Shown: positions 9,385 through 19,700 of the stretch, in pieces
Layout of the letters: each line of letters opens with the position of its first letter
Position numbering within the stretch: position 1 is the stretch's first letter
Origin: Polyangiaceae bacterium
Lineage (GTDB): Bacteria > Myxococcota_A > Polyangia > Polyangiales > Polyangiaceae
Direction: 5' to 3'
Assembly (NCBI GenBank): GCA_965222375.1
Contig: CBDCTZ010000016.1
Span: forward strand, 2,464,001 to 2,528,000
DNA: 64,000 nt
Program-made: the position numbers and the translations under genes
Notes under the pieces: model-generated
The model's input: only the letters and a program-made list of their open reading frames with translations
Database searches by the model: none
Told to the model about the DNA's origin: nothing

Positions 9385-11617
9385 TCACTCAGTGGGGTCG
9401 ATGGGGCTCGTGCCCTTCGCCTCCTCGTCCGCGTCCAGCACGCCATCGCCATCAAAGTCTGCGCGCGAGGGCGCAGTGATCTCGATCGTCGCGTTTCCTT
9501 TGGCGGCGGATTGGAGAAAACCCACCAGTTGACCAACGTGCTCGCGGATCGGCATTTCGATTTGGAAAGGCTTGGGCAGGATCGGAAAGCGCTCCTCCCC
9601 GTCAAAAGGGATCCCTGGCATGAACTCGCGCAGATCCCAGCGCCCGTAACCAAGACCGTGATTTGCAGGCGAATATTCGACCACGGCGGCTGCTTTTCCG
9701 CCGACGTTCCCCGAGATGGGGGTACTTGCAGTCGCGACTCCTGGTAGCGGCATGTGAGCCGGACCGGCGCGTTCGACTCCCAAGGGCGCGCACCAGAGCG
9801 AACGTCGCGATGTTCGGCAGCACCTCGTCCTGAGCGGCGTAGGTCAGCAGCAGATCGGGAGGTGACCGGCCCGCCAGTGGCTCTTGCATCACATGAGGCG
9901 CGTAGGCAATGGGGTCACCGGCCTCGGTGACGGTGGCCAGCAAGGTGGCCACCGGGTGAAACTCGTCGTGCACCTCCTGGCCTTTGATGTCGAAAGTGCC
10001 CGTTGCGAGCGTACTCACCAGGGGCGCAATCTTGGCGGAGCTCGTCGTGATCAACTGCACGAAGCTCGCGCCCGGCACCTGCAGCGCGAAGCCGCGGATA
10101 TCGGGTTCAACCGCCGCGGTGATGGCCCCCATGATTCCGCCGAGAGAGCCGCCGTTCCAAAACACCCGGCTCTGGTCCAACTTGGGACCCGTGCCCGGAC
10201 TGGACCCAAGCAAAGGTGACAGATCCAAGTCAGGGCTTTGGATCAGTCGTACCAGGCTCGTGTGATCGAGCACGGTCTGACGGAAGTTGTCGCGAACCGC
10301 CACGAAGTCCGCAAAGCTGGCGAAGAAGGCAATCGGCAGCGACATGCTATCGGGAATGCCATCGGGCCCGTCGTAGCTACCCGCAAAGTTGTTCTCGACG
10401 TCCTCTACGCCCTGCCGCGAGCCGTGCAGCACGTCGTCGATGCCAATCACGACGAATCCAGCTCGCGCTAGCTCGTTGGCTATCGAGAGCATGCTTCCGC
10501 GATTGTTCGACAGCCCGTGCGCATTGATGACCACCGGGTAGCCCGCGGCGGGCGGCGCTTGTTTGGGGATGACGATGGTCACCGGAATCGTCGCGTCAGC
10601 GTCCGCCACAACGTATGCGCCCTCGCCGTCTCGTTCGAAGTGCTTGGTCTTTGGATCGAGAAAGCTGGGTGCCACGAATGCGGCCGATGCGACCACTCCG
10701 ATGGCGTCGTGGGCAATGCCCCCAGCGTTGTCACCGCCTGGCCACTCCACGCCGCTGTCGTCCTTTTCCGGAGTGCCCAGCCACTCGCCGAGGCTGGGGC
10801 TCTTGTCCGCGTGAAACAGCGCAACCGTGTACGGGCTAGCCTGGGTTTCGTCCAGGATCAGGCGCGGATCAGGAAGCTCTCTCAGCTGATCTCGCAGCAA
10901 CGGCAGCTCGGATACCTGACTGGACGTGGTGAACACTGCCAGGCTAGCTACCTCGCTGGCACTCGCGACCAATACAGCTTCGACGAGACGGTCGATGGCG
11001 TCACCGTAGAGTTTGTCCGCACGACCGTCGCGCGAACCGCCGCGAGTCGCCGCGATTTCACGCAGGGATTCTGCCGGCGCCAAAGGTAGGCCAGCGGTCG
11101 TGCGTGCTCGAGAAGTCAGCACGGCAGCATGCTGCACTCCGGGTGGCAGCACCACGCCAGGGTACGGGATCAAAGCAACGCACTGCAGGCTGGGAAGCGG
11201 TTTGGCCAACGCTGGATAGCGCGTACCAAGAAGTGGAGAATTCGGATCCACATCGGCGATGAATACGGACGCCTGCGATCCCACAGCATCGTCCCAGGTC
11301 CGAGGAAGCGAAGCGGAGGCGATCTCCGCCTCGAGAAAGAAAAGTGCGCCGGTCGAGCGCCCGAATCCGTCCAGCTCTGACAACCCAGCCTGGATACTCT
11401 CGGAATTGCCCGCGACTCGCGAAAGGCCTGGCACCTCTCCCACTCTTCTTCCGCTCTCGTCCAAGTACAGGTCACTGGGCCATGGCACATCTCCAAACGG
11501 AGTCGCCCCTTCGGCTGCGGGTGCAAAGGGAACCACCTCGCCATCGCCCAGCGCTTCATCCTGACCGCAGCCAGCGCGCAGCAGCGCGGCAAAAAGAGCC
11601 GTGAGCCAGAACCGCAT
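9385..11617 (-). pseudogene. Secreted alpha/beta-hydrolase (lipase-like) lipoprotein split by a frameshift near 9785
   Basis: AHGL and GGSLGG nucleophile elbow in ORF 9602-11677; a protein-like C-terminus (NHGLG, DFDGDG) continues in another frame, ORF 9385-9783. Confidence 0.65.
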
Positions 11618-11701
11618 GCCCCACGAGGGTGCCAGCACTCGGTGACGGCGTCGAGGCACCTGCCTTTCGGAAACCACGGTGTGAGTTGAGCTTCAGGCCC
11701 G

Positions 11702-12859
11702 CTAGGAACAACTGAGCTCAGGAAGCGCGCAAGTCCCGTCTTTGCAGGTCGCTGGCGGGACGCAGCGGTACCAGGACAGGTTGGGACAGGCCATGCCTAC
11801 CGATGGGCGATCAGCACAGCGACCGTATATTGGGAGCCCGTTCACCGTCTCCCAACTCTCCTTGCATCCCAAGCCCGCATCACATTCGTCCTTGGAATCA
11901 CAGGGCTCGCCCAGCTTCTTGAACGTCTTCTGCACGCAGTTCGCACCATCGCAGCGTTGGCCCAGCAAAAAGTTACATCGCTTCTGCCCGTCGTCGACGC
12001 AGGCGCCGCCGAGGGGGAGGGGCGTGAAGCGTTGGCAGCGGGCGTCGAGACAATGGAAGGGCGCGGTGCACTGGCTGTGAGACTCGCAAGCGGCGTCTTC
12101 TCCGCCAGGCAAGGCGCAGTGTCGGTCAGACGCGCAGAACGAGCCTGGTGTGCACTCGCCCTGTTCGCAGGGCTGGCCGGGCTGTCGGGGCGCAACGCAC
12201 ACCGAGTCCTTGCAGAAGTTCGGCAGCGCACAGTGAGCGCCACACGGCTCGCCCAGGCCGGGCAGCGGCACGCAGATCCCGCACTGTCCCCCTTTGCCCT
12301 CACAGCGCCCAGCCTGGCACTGCCAGTTTCTACGGCACGGCGCATGAGGAGGGAGGTCACCGTGCGGCAGGCACTCGGGCCGCGGCGCTGCCACCTGACG
12401 GAGCAAGTGTGTCGCGTATTCTGCGCAGCTGATCTGATCGAGATCTTGCGCCCGCTTCATGTACTGCGCACGAAACCCAGGGCTGGCCCCCGGAGCGTTC
12501 AGCACCAAACGACACCCGTCGGCTTCAGCTTGCTCGCACTGCCCGGCGGTCTTGTAGTTCCGCATCGGTCCCCAGGTGCATCGCTGTTCGGCGTCGCACA
12601 GCGCCTTCGCAAACCCAACACAGATGGTCTCGACACTCTCCGGCGGGTTGCACGTTCCGCTCCCGGTGCCGGCTCCGCCCTCAGCGGCCGTTCCTCCCGC
12701 TCCTGATCCCCCACCGCTCGAGGCGCTGCCGCCTGCGTCTTGCCCCCCATCCAAGGCGACGCCACCGGCGCCAGCTCCCGTACTGCAGCCCGCGACAATG
12801 AGCACCGTCGCGAGCGCCCCGCCAATGACGGCCGAAAGTCCCCGTCTCCTCTCATGCAT
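11702..12859 (-). CDS. Cys-rich secreted lipoprotein
   Basis: VAGC lipobox, Gly linker, repeated GxxC...C modules. Confidence 0.7.
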   Translation of the reverse strand: MHERRRGLSAVIGGALATVLIVAGCSTGAGAGGVALDGGQDAGGSASSGGGSGAGGTAAEGGAGTGSGTCNPPESVETICVGFAKALCDAEQRCTWGPMRNYKTAGQCEQAEADGCRLVLNAPGASPGFRAQYMKRAQDLDQISCAEYATHLLRQVAAPRPECLPHGDLPPHAPCRRNWQCQAGRCEGKGGQCGICVPLPGLGEPCGAHCALPNFCKDSVCVAPRQPGQPCEQGECTPGSFCASDRHCALPGGEDAACESHSQCTAPFHCLDARCQRFTPLPLGGACVDDGQKRCNFLLGQRCDGANCVQKTFKKLGEPCDSKDECDAGLGCKESWETVNGLPIYGRCADRPSVGMACPNLSWYRCVPPATCKDGTCALPELSCS

Positions 12860-12996
12860 AGCCCCCGCAACATGAGCCCACGAGCGACCGGGATCCCGCA
12901 ATCGTCGCTGATCTCCACTGAGCTGGTAGCCGCGCCCGGCTCAGTTTCTTGTTGGCCTGTGCTGAAACGCTCCCTCACCGAGAGCTGGGGCTGTCA

Positions 12997-13587
12997 TCAA
13001 GGGCCAGGTTGGGCAACATCGAGGGGCACCTCGACCTGTGTGCCGGCCGCGGCTAGCTCGAAATCGACGACCACCTCGCGCAGCGGTTTGCGCGACGTAG
13101 CGTCGGACTCTGAGGCGTAGACCGGAACCGTGATCCGGTACTTCGCAGCAGGAGCGACTCGACTCGTGTGGCAGCTGCAGCCCGCTCGATTAGTGCCCAG
13201 CGTATAGATCTTGCCCTGCCATTCGCCCTTCCGCGGGGCGGTGGGAGTCACTTCCACGCCACTATTGGCGCAAGCGCCGCACTGAACGCAGCCATCCTGA
13301 TCGGAACACTCGACGGTGCAGGGTGCGGATAGCTTCAAGGGCTCCTGATAGTCATCCGCGCACGCGCTGACCGAGAAGCTCAGCGAGCACCCCTGATGCA
13401 TGAACAGCGTCTGGCCACTGGCATTGGTGAAGTTGAAGCTCACGCTGTACGGTGCACTGCCCGAAGCACTGACGCGGCACGCCGGCGGCACGCTGTCATT
13501 CGGATCGGACGAATCCGAGGATCCACTACACGCCAGCACTAGCAGCGTAGCGATCAGCAGAGCGGCACCAAAGCGCAAGCCGTTCAT
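12997..13587 (-). CDS. Hypothetical lipoprotein
   Basis: GGAGG RBS, MNGLRF...VLAC lipobox, several Cys. Confidence 0.7.
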   Translation of the reverse strand: MNGLRFGAALLIATLLVLACSGSSDSSDPNDSVPPACRVSASGSAPYSVSFNFTNASGQTLFMHQGCSLSFSVSACADDYQEPLKLSAPCTVECSDQDGCVQCGACANSGVEVTPTAPRKGEWQGKIYTLGTNRAGCSCHTSRVAPAAKYRITVPVYASESDATSRKPLREVVVDFELAAAGTQVEVPLDVAQPGP

Positions 13588-13770
13588 TCCGTACCTCCAA
13601 CTGGATCGTCGCACATTTGCGCGCCACGACAACCCCATCCCAAGTAGGCACACTCGAGCGCGTGTCGTTCACCAGATGGCGCTTGCGTGCATAGCGCCCT
13701 GCGCCTTTCCGGGGGCGCTCGCTTTGCGAGGAACTAGCACCGTGCTACCCGACAACTCGGAGGAAGAACG

Positions 13771-14076
13771 ATGATCAGAGTCATGGTTACCTACACCGTA
13801 AAACCCGAGCGCGTCGACGAAAACGAGGGGCTCGTCCGCGCCGTCTACGACGGCCTCCGCAAGATCGGCGACCCCGGGATCCACTACGCCACCTTCAAGC
13901 TCGACGACGGAAAGACCTTCGTGCACGTCGCACTCCTCGACTCCGAAGAGAAGCAAGCAGTTCTCGCGGGCTCGCCCGCCTTCAAAGCTTTCCAAGCCGA
14001 ACTCAAAGACCGTTGCGAAGTTCCCCCCAAACCGCAACAGCTCACGGAGATCGATTCGTACCAGCTTCCGGGGTGA
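13771..14076 (+). CDS. Small dimeric alpha/beta-barrel (ABM-like) protein
   Basis: GGAGG RBS; MIRVMVTYTVKPERVDENE...FVHVA...PAFKAFQ pattern. Confidence 0.65.
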   Translation: MIRVMVTYTVKPERVDENEGLVRAVYDGLRKIGDPGIHYATFKLDDGKTFVHVALLDSEEKQAVLAGSPAFKAFQAELKDRCEVPPKPQQLTEIDSYQLPG

Positions 14077-14100
14077 CACCACCTAGCGGCTTGGCTTGCA

Positions 14101-14145
14101 GCGCGCCACTGTGGATTCGAACCACAGACCTTCGGCTCCGGAGGC
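14101..14145. repeat. Left att site: displaced 3' half of tRNA-Arg
   Basis: gcgcgccactgtggattcgaaccacagaccttcggctccggaggc, identical to 27688-27732. Confidence 0.95.
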
Positions 14146-14362
14146 TAAGCAGGCAGATTCCAGCACGCAAGAACCAGCGCAAAAGTACGCCATCGTGCCG
14201 GGCGTGAAACGGCCAGAGCGCCCCTGGAACGGGATGGATGCCAAAACTCACGGACAGAACTCCCCTGCGCTCTGGCTCGACTCGTGGATCGCTGATGTAC
14301 TTCTGCGGATGGCGTTGAAGGAGATGGCGTTGCGGATTGGGGCGCGGGTGCAAGATGGCTAG
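14102..14362 (+). other. Detached 3' end of the integrase gene, rejoined on excision
   Basis: Same frame and peptide (RATVDSNHRPSAPEA) as the integrase across the att core; open for 71 more codons to TAG at 14360-14362. Confidence 0.75.
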
Positions 14363-14960
14363 CAGGCGCACCAAGAGCGTCACCGCCAAGCGCGCTACAA
14401 AGGGCACGAGATCCGAAGCACGTGTGATCGGGCTGGTGAAAGCGCGGACGGTGTTCCAGCAGGAGATCGACGCGAGCGCACTGGGCGACCGTGATCGGAG
14501 ACGAGCCTCGGCGCTCCTGGACCTCGTGCTGGACGTTATTGTGGCGAGCGCTCCGCGGCCCGGGGACTTGGGCAGGTTGGCGCGTGCGTTTCGAGCTGCG
14601 GAAACCAGTGACGAGGCCGCCCGGGTCATCATGGTTCAGCTCTGCGTCGCCGCGCTCGCGGCCTGGCGGGGTACTGACGATCCGGAGCAACGAGCCAACG
14701 TCGCGGGCAACCTGCGGTCCTCGCTGGCGCGCGACGTTGACATGGCATTCCTGGCCCTCAGCGATGCGACCCTCGCCCACGTCCTGGGCAATCGACGCCT
14801 GAAAGGCACGGGCGCTGCTGCGAAGCTCTGTGCAGACGCAGCCGTGACGGGGTACGCACGCGAGCGCTTCGAATCCGGCAAGCGCAAGTCGGCGCTCGTG
14901 TTTCAGGGCACGTCAGAGAAGCACTTCGGCAGCGCCGTTCGCAAGATGCGCAAGTCCTAG
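14355..14960 (+). CDS. Hypothetical protein (element)
   Basis: ATG at 14355 overlaps the end of the integrase tail; helical, basic termini. Confidence 0.55.
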   Translation: MASRRTKSVTAKRATKGTRSEARVIGLVKARTVFQQEIDASALGDRDRRRASALLDLVLDVIVASAPRPGDLGRLARAFRAAETSDEAARVIMVQLCVAALAAWRGTDDPEQRANVAGNLRSSLARDVDMAFLALSDATLAHVLGNRRLKGTGAAAKLCADAAVTGYARERFESGKRKSALVFQGTSEKHFGSAVRKMRKS

Positions 14961-15042
14961 CTGATCGCTGGGACGTAGCTCCAAGCTCAAAGCTTGGGCG
15001 ACAAGAGTAGCCCGCGGGCGCAGCCTCTCTGAGAGGTGACCG

Positions 15043-15252
15043 ATGGCCCGACCGCTACCCCCGCCCCCAAAAACCAAGCTCCGCGTGCGCGCTCTCGTGG
15101 ACGAGCATGGCGTGCGCCGCACGGCGCGCGCACTGGACGTCAGCGACACGACCATCGCGCGACTCGCCGGAGGACTTCCGGTGCAGTCGACCACGGCTGA
15201 GGCAGTGGCGGCGCGGCTGGAGCTGCTCGGGGCGCCGGAGGCGCCAACATGA
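15043..15252 (+). CDS. Cro-like HTH protein
   Basis: GAGGTG RBS; GVRRTARALDVSDTTIARL HTH pattern. Confidence 0.7.
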   Translation: MARPLPPPPKTKLRVRALVDEHGVRRTARALDVSDTTIARLAGGLPVQSTTAEAVAARLELLGAPEAPT

Positions 15253-15524
15253 GTGGACCGCTCGTGGTCGTCCCGGCCGACCAGCTCCGCGAGCTGGTCA
15301 ATGATGCCGTACGTGAGGTGATCTGCGATCACGCGCCAGGGGCGGCACCAGAGGTGCTCGATCGCGCTGGCGCAGCAGCTTTTCTCGGCGTCGGGCTAAC
15401 AACTCTGCACCGGCTTGTGAAGGCCGGGAAAATCCGCGAGCGCAGGCTCGGCGAAATGCCGCGATACCTGCGGTCCGAGCTGATTGAGGACGTGTGCGGC
15501 GAGCGCGTCGACGCAGCAGAGTGA
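15249..15524 (+). CDS. Excisionase/AlpA-like HTH protein
   Basis: VLDRAGAAAFLGVGLTTLHRLVKAGKI...RY; ATGA overlap with the previous gene. Confidence 0.8.
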   Translation: MSGPLVVVPADQLRELVNDAVREVICDHAPGAAPEVLDRAGAAAFLGVGLTTLHRLVKAGKIRERRLGEMPRYLRSELIEDVCGERVDAAE

Positions 15525-15536
15525 GGCTGACTGACC

Positions 15537-16487
15537 ATGGCCTATCGGATGGTGAGTACGCGGATGTGGTCAGACCTACGCGTCGTCGGCGCCGCGCGCG
15601 AGGTCGTGGTGTACCTGATGACCGGACCATCACGCAGCGTGCTTCCCGGCCTCGTGCCTCTCGGTCCAGCAGGACTCGCTGAGGCGATGCGCCTACCGCC
15701 GGCCACCGTGCGCAGGGCTCTCGGAGAGCTGCAGTCCGGAGGGCTCGTCGAGCTAGACGCAGCGCTGCCGCTGATCCGTTTGGCGCCGGCGCCAGGATGG
15801 GATTCGCCGCCGACCGCGAAGGTGCTTGGCGCGTGGGCACGCGTGCTGCGCGACCTACCGACCAGCCCGCTCGTCGCTCGACACCTGATCACGCTAGCCG
15901 CCGAGGCGCGAAAACGTTGTAAGGCGGAGGACGTCGACGCTTTCGAGACTGAGGCAGCGAGCCTCGGGTACGGCGCCGAAGCCGCGAGTGATTCCGAGGG
16001 TTTGGGTGGGGTATCCGATACCCTATCAATAGCGTCCCCCATAGCCCCGCGTGCGCGCGCGCGCACCTCCGATCTCCGATCTCCTTCTCCTTCTCCTTCT
16101 CCTTCTCCTGCTGAGGCTACCCGCGGCGAGGAGCACGCGGTGTTCGATCATTGGCTGGCCGTGCTGGGCAATCCCATCCTCCGACCCAAGCGAAAGCTGC
16201 AGGCCACCAAGAGCAGGCTCGCGCCGATCCGGGCGCGACTCCGCGACGGCTACACGGTGGCGGAGCTGTGCACAGCGATCGACGCGGTCGCGCGAAGCGG
16301 ATTTCATCGAGGCGACAACGAGGATGGCGCGCCCTACATCGAACCAAAAACAATCTTTCGGAACGAAGAAAAGGTCGACGGGTGGCTCGCCGCGAAGCCG
16401 CCACAGAAAACGATCGACAAGGCAAACGGCACGGCGACGCGTGCCGTCGACTTCGTCGAGGCCCTGATCGCGGAGGGACAGGCATGA
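15537..16487 (+). CDS. Phage-type replication initiator
   Basis: N-terminal YRMVSTRMWSD plus HTH-like segment, SPSPSP linker, C-terminal IRARLRDGYTVAELCTAID...PKTIFR; upstream of a loader-like gene. Confidence 0.65.
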   Translation: MAYRMVSTRMWSDLRVVGAAREVVVYLMTGPSRSVLPGLVPLGPAGLAEAMRLPPATVRRALGELQSGGLVELDAALPLIRLAPAPGWDSPPTAKVLGAWARVLRDLPTSPLVARHLITLAAEARKRCKAEDVDAFETEAASLGYGAEAASDSEGLGGVSDTLSIASPIAPRARARTSDLRSPSPSPSPSPAEATRGEEHAVFDHWLAVLGNPILRPKRKLQATKSRLAPIRARLRDGYTVAELCTAIDAVARSGFHRGDNEDGAPYIEPKTIFRNEEKVDGWLAAKPPQKTIDKANGTATRAVDFVEALIAEGQA

Positions 16488-17041
16488 CGGAGGCGCAGAC
16501 GGCTCAGATTGTCGCCGTGCTGTTTGTGGCGTTTCCGCGAACACAGGCAACTGATCGCACGGTCGATATGTACCGCAGCATGCTGGCGGATCTCGACTTC
16601 GACGCGGCGCAAACCGCGTGTGCGCGTCTGATCGCTAGCTCGACCTTTCTGCCGTCGGTCGCGGAGATTCGAGCGATGACGCTGGACGTCGCGATTGGTC
16701 CGCGCCGCACCGGCGCGGAAGCGTGGGGCGGCGTCGTGACGGCGTGCCGTCTCGTGGGCCACTACCGACCGGCGCCGGAATTCGATGACCCGATCGTAGG
16801 CGAGGTCGTCGGCGCCATGGGCTGGGAATATTTATGCAAGAGCGACGCGGAAGTCAGCGACCGCAGCAGATTCGTCGCGTTGTATGACGAGCTTTCGCTG
16901 CGCGCGCGCAGTGACGCGCAGGCAGGCCACGCGCTACCACCCGCAGCGAGCGCGCCAGCGCTGTCTCCGAGAAGAGAAGCGCCGGCGCTACCCGGACTCG
17001 GTGCTGAGCAAGAGAAGCGCGACACCAGGGGTGCGTCGTGA
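16484..17041 (+). CDS. Replicative helicase loader/inhibitor (G39P-like)
   Basis: MTEAQTAQIVAVLFVAFP...LADLDF...FLPSVAEIR; ATGA overlap. Confidence 0.7.
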   Translation: MTEAQTAQIVAVLFVAFPRTQATDRTVDMYRSMLADLDFDAAQTACARLIASSTFLPSVAEIRAMTLDVAIGPRRTGAEAWGGVVTACRLVGHYRPAPEFDDPIVGEVVGAMGWEYLCKSDAEVSDRSRFVALYDELSLRARSDAQAGHALPPAASAPALSPRREAPALPGLGAEQEKRDTRGAS

Positions 17042-17296
17042 TCATGCGAGACGCTCTGCTGTCGCTCGGAGCAAGTCGAGCAAGCGCTTGTTTCGCACTT
17101 GAGGCAGAGTGCGATGGTGCACGAGATACCCAAGGCCGCTGTACCACCCGGCTTGCTTTCCGCGCCGAGTTCCTCGCTCTGCGATGCGAGCTAGGTCGTC
17201 CCAGGTCGCTGCGCGTTCGACTTGACGCTCGAAGCGATCCCAGTCTTTCGCTTCTTGGATTGCTCGCTCAGCAAGGTTGCGCGGTTTGCGTGGCAC
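17042..17296 (-). CDS. Small hypothetical protein
   Basis: 84-aa ORF, more protein-like than the overlapping + strand ORF. Confidence 0.4.
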   Translation of the reverse strand: MPRKPRNLAERAIQEAKDWDRFERQVERAATWDDLARIAERGTRRGKQAGWYSGLGYLVHHRTLPQVRNKRLLDLLRATAERLA

Positions 17297-17597
17297 GGAG
17301 GAATCCTAGCAGCGACACGGTGCGCGCAAAGCTCTCGACTCGGCGCCCCGGAGCGTCGGAGCAACACGTATGCGCATTGACGCGGCGATCCATACGCATG
17401 CGCATGACGGGTCAGCTTCGCTCGTCCACTCGCTCACGTTCGGCGATGCAAGCTGGCTGCACTAGCCGACTCTCAGTGATCGAAAAGGCCCGAGGAATGT
17501 GCGGTTTTTCGCCTGATTCCCGCGCGTTCTGTCCGCGGGGTTCTGTCCGCGGGTCGTTCACGAACAGCCCTGCAAAATTGCAGCGTTGGGTGCGGTC

Positions 17598-18179
17598 ATG
17601 AGCATGCGCAAAGGCCATGGTGACTGCACCGGCACACCACGGATCGAGGTGCTGCCAGTAGACGAGCTGCCCGCCGGAGTGCCCGGTCCGTCCCGTCCTG
17701 CGCCTTCCCGTGACGACGCAGGCAGGTTCGTTCCGGGGCCCGGGACGCGTGCCATCGCCCGACAGGGCGGCGTAGCGGCGCGAGAGGCACGCGCGTTGGC
17801 GCGGTTGCTGGGGCTGAGGGAACCACCGGAGGGACACGCATACGCGCCCTACGCGAGGCTGGCTCGCGAGTGGCGAGACGATCACATCGCGCAGCTAGCG
17901 GCCACCGTGGGCGGCGGAGAGGTTGGGCCTGGGCCCGCCAGCGTGGTGAGCAGCGCGGCTCTGCAGCTCGCTGCATCCCGCTGGCTCTCTGACCTGGGTG
18001 CGGAGCAGGGCGACGCCAAGACGTTGCTAGAGGCGTCACGGCTTGCAGACGCCTCGCGCCAGAACCTGCTGGCCGCTCACGAGCTATGCGCGAAGGAGGC
18101 AGCGGCCCGCCCGAAGGGAGCCAACCCGCGCGTCCAGGCCATCCTCGACGGGCCGTCACCCGAGGGCGGTGCCTCATGA
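17598..18179 (+). CDS. Terminase small subunit-like protein
   Basis: RDDAGRFVPG motif common in TerS N-termini; translationally coupled to the TerL-like gene. Confidence 0.55.
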   Translation: MSMRKGHGDCTGTPRIEVLPVDELPAGVPGPSRPAPSRDDAGRFVPGPGTRAIARQGGVAAREARALARLLGLREPPEGHAYAPYARLAREWRDDHIAQLAATVGGGEVGPGPASVVSSAALQLAASRWLSDLGAEQGDAKTLLEASRLADASRQNLLAAHELCAKEAAARPKGANPRVQAILDGPSPEGGAS

Positions 18180-19684
18180 CCCGTCGCGACCCAAACGCCT
18201 TCCTGGCCCGTCTCTGGCGTCTGGAGGCTGCCCTCGTCGAGGCAGGTCTCCCGCCCATGCCTCCGTGGTGGCGTGAGACCATCACGGGCTTCTACCTCTC
18301 GGGGAAGCGCCGCCTGGTGGTGCGCAAGGGCCGCCGGGTCTTCGCCTCGACGTGCGTCGCGCCCCGCCTCGCCGTGGCCGAGATGCTCTTCGGGCAACAC
18401 CAGCATCACCCGGGCACGCCGCCTCTCAGCTACGTGTTCCTCAGCGTGAAACGCAGCGAGGCAGCCAAGCGCCTGCGCGGCGTCACTGCCATACTCGACC
18501 ATCTCGGCGAGGCATACGCTGTCCGTGGCGAGTCGATCGAGCTGAGCACGAAGCCCGCGATCTTCTCCGTCATGACGGCGAACTTCCGAACGAACGTCGG
18601 CGATACGCTCGCGTTCACTTGGTGTGACGAGGTTTCCCGCTGGCGCGATGACGCCACAATGGCCAACCCCGCTGAGGAAGTGATCGGGTCACTCAGCCCT
18701 GCCCTGGCGACGCTCCCGGATGCTCCCCTTTTCCTAATCTCCAGTCCTCTCGGTAGCGAAGACTACCACGCGAAGGCGTACGAACTTGGCGACACGGACG
18801 TGCAGTGCACCGCGTTCGGCGAAACCTGGACGATCAATCCGGAAATCTCGCTGGAGCAATCAAAGGCGCTCGAACCCGACGAGCGCCTGTGGCGGCGAGA
18901 GTATGCGGCGATACCCATGCCCGCCGGTGGCAGCCCGTTCTTCTCAGAAGACGAGATCACCTTCGCCACGGACGTGGGCCGCTGCTCGCCCGCCGAACCC
19001 GTCAACGGTATCAGGTACGTCGTCGCTGCCGACCAGGCCATCAATCGCGACCGCTTCGGCTTCGCCGTGGTCTCACACGAGGTTGGGCCGATCAGCGAGC
19101 ACGGCGAGCGACTGCCCTCGGTTGTCATCGCGCATGAGGTCGGGTCCTGGAAGCCAGAAGGCAAACCGAGCGTGGACGCTCAGCGCTTGGCGCAGATTGC
19201 GCACCGATACGACCAGCGCAGGATCCTGCTCGACCAAGGAGCGGGTGGCGCTGTGTTCGGCGAGCTGCTTCGAAACTTCAACGCGTACGCTTCAGTCATT
19301 GCCTGGACGGGTGGCGAAGCCGAAGACTCCAAGCTGGATCGATTCCGACGTGTTCGTACCGCGATGGCGCAAGGCATATTGCGTCTGCCGGACAGGCGCG
19401 AGCTGCGCGGAGAACTGCGTCGCTTTCATTCTGACGTGACTTCCGCCGGCAATGAGCGTGTGTCCGCGCGACGGACGGATGGCGGCCACAGCGATGCGGC
19501 GACGGCACTCGTGCTCGCGGCTTCAGAAGCGCTCTCCCAATCGGCATGCCTTCCGCCGGAACGGGAGATGCCGTGGGAGCGCTACGAACGCGACCAAGCG
19601 CAGGCCAACCTCGGCGCGATCTTCGGCGCGTACAGCGGCCCTGAGGACTACTTCCCCGAGATCTTCGGGGGCAACGACATCTGA
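18176..19684 (+). CDS. Terminase large subunit-like protein with a degenerate Walker A
   Basis: VVRKGRR, Walker B FTWCDE, LISSP, WRREY; nuclease acidic residues in VAADQA...D, LLDQ and HSDAATA. Confidence 0.75.
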   Translation: MTRRDPNAFLARLWRLEAALVEAGLPPMPPWWRETITGFYLSGKRRLVVRKGRRVFASTCVAPRLAVAEMLFGQHQHHPGTPPLSYVFLSVKRSEAAKRLRGVTAILDHLGEAYAVRGESIELSTKPAIFSVMTANFRTNVGDTLAFTWCDEVSRWRDDATMANPAEEVIGSLSPALATLPDAPLFLISSPLGSEDYHAKAYELGDTDVQCTAFGETWTINPEISLEQSKALEPDERLWRREYAAIPMPAGGSPFFSEDEITFATDVGRCSPAEPVNGIRYVVAADQAINRDRFGFAVVSHEVGPISEHGERLPSVVIAHEVGSWKPEGKPSVDAQRLAQIAHRYDQRRILLDQGAGGAVFGELLRNFNAYASVIAWTGGEAEDSKLDRFRRVRTAMAQGILRLPDRRELRGELRRFHSDVTSAGNERVSARRTDGGHSDAATALVLAASEALSQSACLPPEREMPWERYERDQAQANLGAIFGAYSGPEDYFPEIFGGNDI

Positions 19685-19700
19685 CACAGGAGAAGACCCA

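Noticed and set aside
14101..14145. Second tRNA gene
   Set aside because: Only the 3' half is present; it is the att duplicate.
17038..17601. 187-aa + strand ORF
   Set aside because: Arg/Ser/Cys-rich composition and overlap with a more plausible minus-strand ORF; not firmly excluded, since it does have a coupled start.
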